This document shows positions 16,301 to 23,944 of a stretch of 32,000 bases of DNA, one piece after another. Source of the DNA: Clostridia bacterium (GTDB taxonomy: Bacteria > Bacillota > Clostridia > TANB77 > CAG-508); assembly GCA_022790575.1 (NCBI GenBank), contig JAAVXM010000062.1, forward strand, positions 1-32,000, given 5' to 3'. How positions within the stretch are numbered: position 1 is the first letter of the stretch; each line of letters opens with the position of its first letter. A model generated the notes under the pieces. It ran no database searches, was not told where the DNA came from, and saw only the letters and a program-made list of their open reading frames with translations. A program made the translations under genes and the position numbers.

Positions 16301-18324
16301 CATATTATATAGAAAAGCCAGAAATCAAAGAGGTAACAAAAACAATAACAACATTAGAACCAAACAAAGAATATATATTCAGTTATGAAGCAAGAGTAAA
16401 CATGGATATAACAGAAGGTACTCAAACATCAAATAAAGCAACAATAGTATGTAATAACAAAACAATAGAAAGTAATGAAATAAGTACAAAATTAGAAACA
16501 GCAAAAATAAGAGCAACATTAAAGAGTACAACTCCTGAAAATGTAGACAGAGTACCAAACTTAGATGTAGAATATTATTTCTTTATAGAAAACCTTTCTG
16601 AAGAAACAGTAAAAGATTTAAAAGTGGAAGTAATGACAGAAGGATTAAAAATATGGAAAACACTAGGAGAAACAATTGAAATTGTTGAAGATTTTAAAGA
16701 AGATAAAATAGAAAACATAGAAGGAAAGGGTATATATGGTAAAACTCTAGTAGCAAAAATAAATGAGGATGCAAAACAAATACCAGTAGCAGTAAAGATT
16801 ACAGATAAAGATGGAAATGTATATAGGTCAAATGTATTCTCAAATAACATTATAGGAGAAGGTGCAAAAATATCATTAACAACACCAAATAATGGGGGAT
16901 ATGTATCAATAGGAGATGAAATAAGATACAATTTCGCAATTGAGAACATAGGGGGACGCCAATCTGCAGTAGATATTATAGATAATATATCAGAATATTT
17001 AGAAATAGTAGGTATTGAAGTAAATGGAAAAACAGAACTTCAAACATTAGATAGAACAGATAAAGATACATATAAAAGCTCAATATCAAATAACCTAAGA
17101 TATACAGTGCCAGTACAACAAGGTGAGAAAGTTAATGTTACAATAGTAACAAAAGTAAAACAATCAGACAATATGTTTGATGTAAAAACAATAACAAATT
17201 CTGCAAAAGTAAGTATAGGTGGAAATGTATATGACACATCAGGAGAAGTTACACACTTTATAAAAGGAAATTACTTAGAATCAGATAAAAGTATTGTTAG
17301 TGGTGTAGCATGGTTAGATGCAAACACAAATGGACAAAGGGACTTAGAAGAACAAACATTATCAGGAATAAAAGTATTATTATATAATACAATGACAAAT
17401 TCTATAGCAACAGATAAAGATGGAAACAGAGCAGAAACAACAACAAACGAAAATGGAGAATATACATTTAGAAGAATGGAATCAGGACAATATATTGTAC
17501 TATTTGAATTTGATACAACAAAATATGAATTAACAGACTACAAAAAAGAAGGAGTACAAGAAAGTCAAAATTCAAAAGCAATATTAAAATCAATTGTAGT
17601 AGATGGACAAGAAAAACTATATGGTGTAACAGACATAATTAACTTAGCAGAAATAGCAACAAATATTAATATGGGATTAAAAGACAACTATACATATGAT
17701 TTAGAATTACATAAATATATAAGCAGAATAGTAGTACAAAATGATAAAGGAACAAAATCATATGATTATTCAGGAAAAGACTCAACATTCCAAAAAATAG
17801 AAATAAATAGAAAACAATTAAATAATTCAACAGTAATATTAGAATATACAATAAGGGTTAAAAATACAGGAGCTATAGCAGGAAACGTAAATAGTATAGT
17901 AGACTATTTACCAAAAGAAATGAACTTTAACTCAGAACTAAATCCAGATTGGTACTTATCAGGAGAAAGCCTACATACAAAAAGTCTAGCAAATGATAAA
18001 ATACAACCTGGAGAAACAAGAGAAATAAAACTAGTATTAACTAAAGCGATGACAGAAAATTCAACAGGACTGGTAAACAATAGAGCAGAAATAGAAGAAA
18101 GCTTTAATGATTTAGGAAAAGCCGATATAGACTCAGTAGAAAACAACCAAGTAAAAGGTGAAGACGACATGGGTTCTGCAGATGTTATAATAAGTGTAAG
18201 TACAGGTGGAAAAACAATATCATATGCAATAATGATAATAATAAACACAATATTAATAGGATTTGCAATATATTTAATATTCAAAAGAGAAATCAGGGAA
18301 AAACTTATGGAAAGGAGGAAATAA
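13354..18324 (+). CDS. Giant surface protein A1 (1656 aa): signal peptide, about 860 aa of unassigned beta-rich region, DUF11-type repeats, SdrD-B-like domain, C-terminal sorting-like signal
   Basis: Signal peptide ending ISYA/TT. DUF11-like segments include GDTVKAGEVIRYTVRIKNTGSTPYTNV..IPEGTVYV, GDEIRYNFAIENIG and ILEYTIRVKNTGAIAGNVNSIVDYLP...NRAEIEES...DIDS..N...GEDD..SADVII. SdrD-B-like segment: SGVAWLDANTNGQRD...TTTNENGEYTF. C-terminal SVSTG, then a hydrophobic stretch and a KR-rich tail. Confidence 0.9.
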   Translation: MEKTFFKRIIALLTVIVIMAADFVILGTNLISYATTFDSLTNNPNVEFSAYFKTEEGTRVDNISKSIKSNGMKLYAEIKVNKEGYFNGSIELQESNFKLKSNVLSDRIASIEGNKINLKQINAGETVEIEVDIEPIVEDKIAVDMMSKESTINLAGQYMETTYKGIDIKAIKTVKANFEVDAEAQAEIETEIITNQVLPIKGENKRIVQLMVKSNMQGNQYPIKQTNIDVEIPALSGKEPEEIKVLSLGTKATNGKESTVIESFDKENGKLLLTLKNEPNEENKIEWNKKEKDELIITFIYDEMVEANAISVTTNTEIELYNAEEKKTATDTKTIENQTVNKTITTQIERDSEEIYKGQLYVNAKTEANTEVNYKTNTKINITNSDIVDNIVVNEGPDMYVTQELAEIEANTRFVSTEINKEKMLSLLGQDGTIQINDGTKTIEISKDTEANENGNIVINHVENVNRLEITLSKPEKAGVLEISHNKAIVKSSYTIEQLKTISGLALTSTIKGKLEDKQIVENTTKSTVELKETKTKAELTVSKESLSTVSAENEVILGVKLITNGTQYDLYKNPKITIQLPDTVEEVTANGAVSKLYDNEFKVRAIYNKETRIMEITLEGEQTTYPTDEALQAYLQFNLNLKLRKLAPSKVDKIVMTYTNENATQYEGGTTEAGIVEKAINITSPSGLIPVNTLETYKIEGIAGISANKQVANIDRNTAGGTDLTYKMELANNTGNDVKNVKILGTIPAKGTIKVGADDIENTLETTLKAINAEGATIYYSNNINATADLNDTNNGWNSNLAEVANAKAYLIVVENIAKDGRYNATYTVTLPQELEYDQTSYAGYKVFFNEGENTIEQKEESTLIGISTGEESNNGERVSAGSSPVEGINIETSLTAKVGMDEIKNGDTVKAGEVIRYTVRIKNTGSTPYTNVIAKASIPEGTVYVEPDKGNATMDDLFDENGNPIENDEDLNFGYVYSGDSYYIEKPEIKEVTKTITTLEPNKEYIFSYEARVNMDITEGTQTSNKATIVCNNKTIESNEISTKLETAKIRATLKSTTPENVDRVPNLDVEYYFFIENLSEETVKDLKVEVMTEGLKIWKTLGETIEIVEDFKEDKIENIEGKGIYGKTLVAKINEDAKQIPVAVKITDKDGNVYRSNVFSNNIIGEGAKISLTTPNNGGYVSIGDEIRYNFAIENIGGRQSAVDIIDNISEYLEIVGIEVNGKTELQTLDRTDKDTYKSSISNNLRYTVPVQQGEKVNVTIVTKVKQSDNMFDVKTITNSAKVSIGGNVYDTSGEVTHFIKGNYLESDKSIVSGVAWLDANTNGQRDLEEQTLSGIKVLLYNTMTNSIATDKDGNRAETTTNENGEYTFRRMESGQYIVLFEFDTTKYELTDYKKEGVQESQNSKAILKSIVVDGQEKLYGVTDIINLAEIATNINMGLKDNYTYDLELHKYISRIVVQNDKGTKSYDYSGKDSTFQKIEINRKQLNNSTVILEYTIRVKNTGAIAGNVNSIVDYLPKEMNFNSELNPDWYLSGESLHTKSLANDKIQPGETREIKLVLTKAMTENSTGLVNNRAEIEESFNDLGKADIDSVENNQVKGEDDMGSADVIISVSTGGKTISYAIMIIINTILIGFAIYLIFKREIREKLMERRK
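18193..18321 (+). other. C-terminal cell-wall sorting-like signal of A1 (SVSTG motif, TM segment, basic tail)
   Basis: SVSTG (18193-18207), followed by GKTISYAIMIIINTILIGFAIYLIF and KREIREKLMERRK. The motif is conserved in A2 (30870-30884). Confidence 0.5.
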
Positions 18325-18327
18325 ACT

Positions 18328-21300
18328 ATGAAAAAAAGTATAATACCAAAATTGTTATTAATATTATTAATAGGAATTTTAATGGTAATATTAAAACCTA
18401 ATACATGTTCAGCTGCAGACATAATTTTTCAAGACTTTATTACTCAAGTGAAAAATAATCCAGATTATGTTCCTAATAAAAATATGATAACAAGTATGGG
18501 ACAATATGCATTAGAAGGTACAAATTATGTTTATTGTATTGCTCATGCAAATATGCTTTATAATAGCAGGTATGATTATCAGCTTTATGCAGCATATAGA
18601 ATAGAAGGAGATGTATGTGTTGATTTATATAATCCAAGCAATACAACAAAAAACTTTGATAATGCAATAATGGCAGGGATATTATCAAGTGGTTCTTTAG
18701 GATATGGACATTACAAAAGTGGTTATTGGAATACACAAACAGGAGTATATCGTCATTATAATAAATGGGTTAATGCAAATCCATCATTTGGACTAAGCAA
18801 TTGGGGGCAAGGAGTATTTGACAAAGGTGGAGGAGCTTATCGTAATTGGTATAATAATATAGTAGCAAATGCTGCAAATGGAGCATATACAAATGTGAGG
18901 GTAAATTTATTTATATTCAAAAACATAACTAAAGGAGCTTCATCACTTCAAAATCTAATGATAGCAGTACCATCAGAAGTTAAAGACACAGGAATTGAAA
19001 TAGTAAAAGTAAGTTCAACAGAAAAAGACCAAAATGGAAACAAAAAACCATTAGCAGATGTAGATTTTGTAATTAGAAGAGTAAGAGATGGAAAATATGT
19101 TTCTCAAGCCAAAAAGGTAAATGATGCTGCAAATGAATATGTAGTTACAAACTTTACTGATAATGGATTAGAATATGAAGAAAATGATGACAGAGGTACT
19201 GATGTAATTGACTTCAAATTAAATGAAGCATTGAAATTTACAACAAATGCAAATGGTAAAGTTAGAATAACAGGTTTAGAATGTGATACAGAATATGAAA
19301 TAATAGAATGTTCAGTAAAAAATATAGAATATGATAATAACAAAAATATAGGTAGAAAGTGGAAAATTACAACACAGGACAAAAAAGTACTACCAATAGA
19401 ATGTGAAAATATACGAGAAATAAAACCAGGACTAAAAATACTAAAAACATATAATCATGGAACATTGCTAACAGATGTAAAATTTACAGTAGCGAAACTA
19501 ACAGGTAAAAATGGAGTAATAGAAAAATATGTATCAGAAGCGGTAGAAATAGACTATGAAGATAGTGGTCTATATAGACAAAGAAGATATAGCAAAAACA
19601 AAAATGATGCATTTGTATTTAAGCTAACACCAGATGGATGGTTTCAAGTTATAGACTTAGAGCCAGGATGGTATAGAGTAACAGAGGTGGAAAACAACAA
19701 CCCTGGACTAGAAGGACAAGTAGGTAGAACAGAAGATTATCAAGTAGTAAAAGATGTAGTAGGAACATGGGAATTCAACAACACAGGACCATTAGTAACA
19801 CAATTAAGAATAAAGAAAGTTGACGCAGAAAATCCAAAGAAACCATTAGCAGGAGCAAGATTCACAATACAAATACAAAAACAAGTAAAAGTACATGAGA
19901 ATTTACGTTACTGTGATGGTATAGACTGCGAGGTTGACAGCCACTGGTCAGTAAGATGGGTAAGCACAGGAGAATATATCACAGGATATGGAAAATATAA
20001 TGGAGAATATAAAATAACAACAGGAACAACAGCAGTAGAGCTTATAACAGATAGTAGTGGATATATAAAATTAATAGGTACAAATTTTGCAGACTTGCTT
20101 AAAGCACAATCAGGAGAATATGCAAGAAGATTTGTAGTAAAAGAAACTGGAGCGCCAAGTGGATACATAATATCAAGTGGAGAACAATACATAACAGAAG
20201 ATAACTTTAAAGATGGGGATATCAATATAATTACAATTAAGAATAAACCAGATAACCCACCAGATGAACATAGAGGTTCAGTAACAATAAAAGGTTCAGT
20301 ATGGGAAGATGAAGCATTAGGAAAAGAACATAAAGGAAATAGTGTAAAAGATGTTCAAGAAAGAGGGCTTGAGGGAATAGTTGTATATTGGAAAGACCAA
20401 AATGGAAATATTTTGGATAAAACAATTACAGACTCAAGTGGAAACTATGAAATGACATACACAATAAGATGGACAAATCACACATATAGTTTAGATGAAG
20501 CTTCAAAATCAAGAATTAATAATTCATATGTAGAGTTTAAATATAACGGCTTAAAATATACAACAGTACAACATGCAGGAACAGGAGACAATACATCAAG
20601 GTCAATAGAAAGTGTTAATGAAAGAAACAACTTAAATGCAACATTTGGAGAAGTAAGAAATGAAGGTGTTATGAAAAATGGACAACTAACATCGATAACA
20701 TCAAACAGACTAAACTATAGAACAGAAGGAAATAAAGCAACATCAATACCAGTTGAAACAGATGTTACAAATAATACATTAAAAGAATTTCATGTAACAG
20801 CATCAACAAAAGATGTAGCGAAAAATCTTCTTTCAGATGGAGGATATCTACATCATAGAAACAATAAATCTAGTGTGTGTATAAGAGAAACATCAACAGA
20901 AGATGGAGGAGTAATTCATCATTATGGAAACAGAGAAACAAGCTGGGAAATCTGGAACATGAACTTAGGATTAGTAAGAAGAGAACAACCAGATGCAACA
21001 GTGGTATCAGATTTATACAAAGTAGTAGTAGAAATGAAAGGACAAAGATATACATACTACTATAACTCAAGAGGAATACAAACACCAACAGGAGTATATG
21101 ACTATAAAACAAAATTCACAGGGAAATATAATGAAACATATACAAGACCAATAAATCCAGCAGATATAGAATACATAAAAGACCCAGAAAATGCAAATAA
21201 TGCAGAAGATTTGAAAGTATATGTAGAATATCATATAAGAGCAAAAAATGAATCTGAAACATTATTGATGAAAATAGGTGAAATAGGAAACTATTATGAC

Positions 21301-23706
21301 AATCAATACATACTAGCAGGAAGCTCATTATTAAACAGCAAACTAGAAAAGACACAAGATGTAAATTGGAAGATTAATGGTCCAAAGAATGAACATGTAA
21401 ACTCAATGTCTACAAGAATATTTGAGAATAAAATGTTAAAACCAGGAGAACAATCAGATATATTATCAGTAACATTCCAAGTAGATAATGACTGCCTAAA
21501 AAATGTAATGAATGAAAAGACAACATTATTACATAATGTTACAGAAATAAATGCATATACAACATTACATGGAGCAGATACTGTAGTAGAAGAATACAAG
21601 AAGGCAAGTGAAGTAGGAAGAACAAACCAATTATATGCAGGACTAGATAAAGATTCACATCCAGGAAGTGTACAATTCAATATTGATACAAACCAAAATG
21701 GAAACTTAGAAGTATTTAACAAAGATTCATTTGAAGATGATACAGATATGGCGCCAACGTTTATATTAGTACGAGACCCAAATTATAAGACAATATCAGG
21801 AACAGTATTTGAAGATAAGACATCAGTATCAGCAGATAATGGAGGAAGAATAGGAGATGGTAAACTACTAGAGGGAGAACATGGTGTACAAAATGTAAAA
21901 GTTGAATTACTAAAAGTAAATCCAGATGGAACAACAGGGGAAGTGGCAAAAATATACACACCAAAAGGACCAGATTTAGCAGTAACAACAACTGACGAAA
22001 ATGGTAACTATACATTTGAAGGAGTAGTTGTAGATAATTACATTTTAAAATATACATATGGAAATGATACTAACGAAGCATCGAATGTAGGACTAAAAGA
22101 AGCGTCAAAAATAAACAAAGAATATGAAATAAATGCTAGAAATTATAAATCAACAATAATTGCAGATAAAGAAGTAATACCTGTAATGCAAGGAGCAAGT
22201 AATGATAAATGGCACTTGACGAAAGATGATGGAACTTCAATAGCAGTAGATGATTTAGAAGTAAGAAAAGCAATAGGCGAATTGAAATATGGAACATTTA
22301 ATACTGGAGTAGGTATGACAGCATATTCAAGACCATTTAAAGTTCAAGTAGAATATAGTACACCAAGTCAAGAAGCTACTGAAAAACAAGAAAAACCAGA
22401 TGCAAATGGAGGAACAAATATAGAAGGAAAAGAATTTGTTACAGAAGGAACAGATGCTACACTTGCAAGAAATCCAAAGACAGGAACAGTTGAAGGAAAA
22501 GGAGACAGTAATGTATTAACAGGAGAAGGTACTGATTATGAACATAACTGGAACAAATTTGATTTCGGTATAGCTGAAAGAGCACGTGAGGATATAATAC
22601 TAAACAAAACTATAGGACATTTAAAAATAACATTAGCAAATGGACAAATTCTAACAGAAGGTACACCATATGAAGATACTATGAACTATGTTAAAGCATT
22701 AGGAACAGGATTAGCAACAAATAGAGAAGACGCAGTAAAAGCAAAAGAGAAATTCCTATATATTGAAATGGATTCAGAATTAATTCAAGGTGCAAGACTA
22801 GATATACTTTATAAATTGACAGTAACAAATAATAGTGAAAAAGACTATGAATATGATTATGGTTATGATTATCAAAATAATATAACAACAAGTGAAAATG
22901 CAAAATATTACTATTATGGAGAAGTAACAACACCAGAAATAAATACAACAGTTGATTGGGTAGTAGACTACATGGACCCAGAACTAACTTGTACAGTAGC
23001 AAATAAAGTAAAAGAAATAGATGACAAAAAATTAACTTGGGAGAAACTAAATGTAGAGATGAGTAGAGATGACATACAAAGAGTAAACGAAAGAGAATAC
23101 ATTTACAGAGAAAACAAATTTACAGATGCAGAAGTTCATTCAAGACCAAACTGGATACAAGTAACTTCAGATATAGACGAAAACAATGAAGCAACAAAAA
23201 CACCAGCAGAGAAATTAGCAGATAAGAATTGGATATCAAAAGAGACTAAAAATACAGTAAAAGATAATAATTACCTTGTATTTATTACAAATTACTTCTA
23301 TGATGTAAAAACAGGAGAATCAAAAGACTTAGAGTTATTTGCAAGTAAATTAATAGGAAATCAAGCAGAAAACTTTACATATGAAAACCATACAGAAATA
23401 TTACAACTAAATGGAAAGATTGCAAGAACAATTGATAGAGTTGAAAAAGATGGAGAACAAGTTAGAAAGACATATAAATCAGGAAACTATGTACCAAGCT
23501 TAACAAGAAGCAATTTAGTTCAAAATACTACAACTATAAATGATAATGTTCCAGGAAGACATGAACAAGATGATGATGCAATAACAATAAAAATAACACC
23601 ACCAACAGGTTTAGAGAATAATGCAATAATATATATAGCAACAGGAGCAGTAGGATTAATAGTATTAGCAGGAGGAATATACTTTATCAGAAAAAAAGTA
23701 ATATAG
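18328..23706 (+). CDS. Giant surface adhesin B1 (1792 aa): signal peptide, thioester-domain-like N-terminal domain, multiple CnaB/SpaA-type and SdrD-B-like domains, TPPTG sorting signal
   Basis: Signal peptide ending CSA/AD. YCIAH and NTQTGVY motifs. CnaB-like segments include LRIKKVDAENPKKPLAGARFTI...VVKETGAPSGYII. SdrD-B-like segments include GSVWEDE...DSSGNYEM and GTVFEDK...TDENGNYTFEGV. The SD AGGAGG lies inside the last codons of A1, which suggests translational coupling. Confidence 0.9.
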   Translation: MKKSIIPKLLLILLIGILMVILKPNTCSAADIIFQDFITQVKNNPDYVPNKNMITSMGQYALEGTNYVYCIAHANMLYNSRYDYQLYAAYRIEGDVCVDLYNPSNTTKNFDNAIMAGILSSGSLGYGHYKSGYWNTQTGVYRHYNKWVNANPSFGLSNWGQGVFDKGGGAYRNWYNNIVANAANGAYTNVRVNLFIFKNITKGASSLQNLMIAVPSEVKDTGIEIVKVSSTEKDQNGNKKPLADVDFVIRRVRDGKYVSQAKKVNDAANEYVVTNFTDNGLEYEENDDRGTDVIDFKLNEALKFTTNANGKVRITGLECDTEYEIIECSVKNIEYDNNKNIGRKWKITTQDKKVLPIECENIREIKPGLKILKTYNHGTLLTDVKFTVAKLTGKNGVIEKYVSEAVEIDYEDSGLYRQRRYSKNKNDAFVFKLTPDGWFQVIDLEPGWYRVTEVENNNPGLEGQVGRTEDYQVVKDVVGTWEFNNTGPLVTQLRIKKVDAENPKKPLAGARFTIQIQKQVKVHENLRYCDGIDCEVDSHWSVRWVSTGEYITGYGKYNGEYKITTGTTAVELITDSSGYIKLIGTNFADLLKAQSGEYARRFVVKETGAPSGYIISSGEQYITEDNFKDGDINIITIKNKPDNPPDEHRGSVTIKGSVWEDEALGKEHKGNSVKDVQERGLEGIVVYWKDQNGNILDKTITDSSGNYEMTYTIRWTNHTYSLDEASKSRINNSYVEFKYNGLKYTTVQHAGTGDNTSRSIESVNERNNLNATFGEVRNEGVMKNGQLTSITSNRLNYRTEGNKATSIPVETDVTNNTLKEFHVTASTKDVAKNLLSDGGYLHHRNNKSSVCIRETSTEDGGVIHHYGNRETSWEIWNMNLGLVRREQPDATVVSDLYKVVVEMKGQRYTYYYNSRGIQTPTGVYDYKTKFTGKYNETYTRPINPADIEYIKDPENANNAEDLKVYVEYHIRAKNESETLLMKIGEIGNYYDNQYILAGSSLLNSKLEKTQDVNWKINGPKNEHVNSMSTRIFENKMLKPGEQSDILSVTFQVDNDCLKNVMNEKTTLLHNVTEINAYTTLHGADTVVEEYKKASEVGRTNQLYAGLDKDSHPGSVQFNIDTNQNGNLEVFNKDSFEDDTDMAPTFILVRDPNYKTISGTVFEDKTSVSADNGGRIGDGKLLEGEHGVQNVKVELLKVNPDGTTGEVAKIYTPKGPDLAVTTTDENGNYTFEGVVVDNYILKYTYGNDTNEASNVGLKEASKINKEYEINARNYKSTIIADKEVIPVMQGASNDKWHLTKDDGTSIAVDDLEVRKAIGELKYGTFNTGVGMTAYSRPFKVQVEYSTPSQEATEKQEKPDANGGTNIEGKEFVTEGTDATLARNPKTGTVEGKGDSNVLTGEGTDYEHNWNKFDFGIAERAREDIILNKTIGHLKITLANGQILTEGTPYEDTMNYVKALGTGLATNREDAVKAKEKFLYIEMDSELIQGARLDILYKLTVTNNSEKDYEYDYGYDYQNNITTSENAKYYYYGEVTTPEINTTVDWVVDYMDPELTCTVANKVKEIDDKKLTWEKLNVEMSRDDIQRVNEREYIYRENKFTDAEVHSRPNWIQVTSDIDENNEATKTPAEKLADKNWISKETKNTVKDNNYLVFITNYFYDVKTGESKDLELFASKLIGNQAENFTYENHTEILQLNGKIARTIDRVEKDGEQVRKTYKSGNYVPSLTRSNLVQNTTTINDNVPGRHEQDDDAITIKITPPTGLENNAIIYIATGAVGLIVLAGGIYFIRKKVI
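23596..23703 (+). other. Sortase-type sorting signal of B1 (TPPTG, hydrophobic segment, RKK tail)
   Basis: TPPTG (23596-23610), then LENNAIIYIATGAVGLIVLAGGIYFI and RKKVI. It resembles the clostridial (S/P)PxTG motif class. Confidence 0.6.
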
Positions 23707-23726
23707 AAATTACTTAAAATAAAAAA

Positions 23727-23758
23727 AGTTCACATACATTAAGTATGTGGACTTTTTT
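23727..23758 (+). terminator. Rho-independent terminator after B1
   Basis: An 11-bp stem pairs AGTTCACATAC with GTATGTGGACT (one G.U pair) around the 5-nt loop ATTAA, followed by a T6 run. Confidence 0.8.
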
Positions 23759-23889
23759 GTATTATTACAAAAAATAACAGTAATGGCACAAAAAGGACAA
23801 GCAATTTACAAATAATGTAAGAATAATTAAGGAAGTAATAAAAAAACATAAAAAACATATATATATAATATAAAAATTTAAAAGAAAAA

Positions 23890-23918
23890 TTGTCAAAAAA
23901 ATAAATATGTGGTATGAT
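23890..23918 (+). promoter_or_regulatory. Extended -10 promoter of the vanW-A2-B2 operon
   Basis: TTGTCA (23890-23895), a 17-nt spacer, then TGG-TATGAT (-10 at 23913-23918). The flanking sequence is similar to the promoter at 13258. Confidence 0.55.
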
Positions 23919-23944
23919 ATAATTAGAGGTCAAAGGAGAGAGAA

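Larger units (their letters stand above)
13330..23706 (+). repeat. Segmental duplication, copy 1 (A1-B1 module)
   Basis: The start-to-start offset from A1 to A2 is 12,662 nt. Exact shared runs include 15298-15346 = 27960-28008 (49 nt) and 17800-17855 = 30477-30532 (56 nt). Confidence 0.85.

Noticed and set aside
13449-18422. Many long minus-strand ORFs inside A1, for example 13821-14219, 14805-15557, 15401-15880, 15693-16148, 16575-16949 and 17904-18422.
   Set aside because: Their products are low-complexity Leu/Phe/Ser/Ile strings. They arise because the sense strand is very A/purine-rich, so its complement has few stop codons. They have no SDs, and they fully overlap a coding frame that carries clear domain signatures.
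18473-23002. Minus-strand ORFs inside B1, plus the + strand out-of-frame ORF 20877-21065.
   Set aside because: They are out-of-frame or antisense to a 1792-aa ORF with recognisable CnaB/SdrD-B motifs. Their composition is low-complexity and they have no SD.
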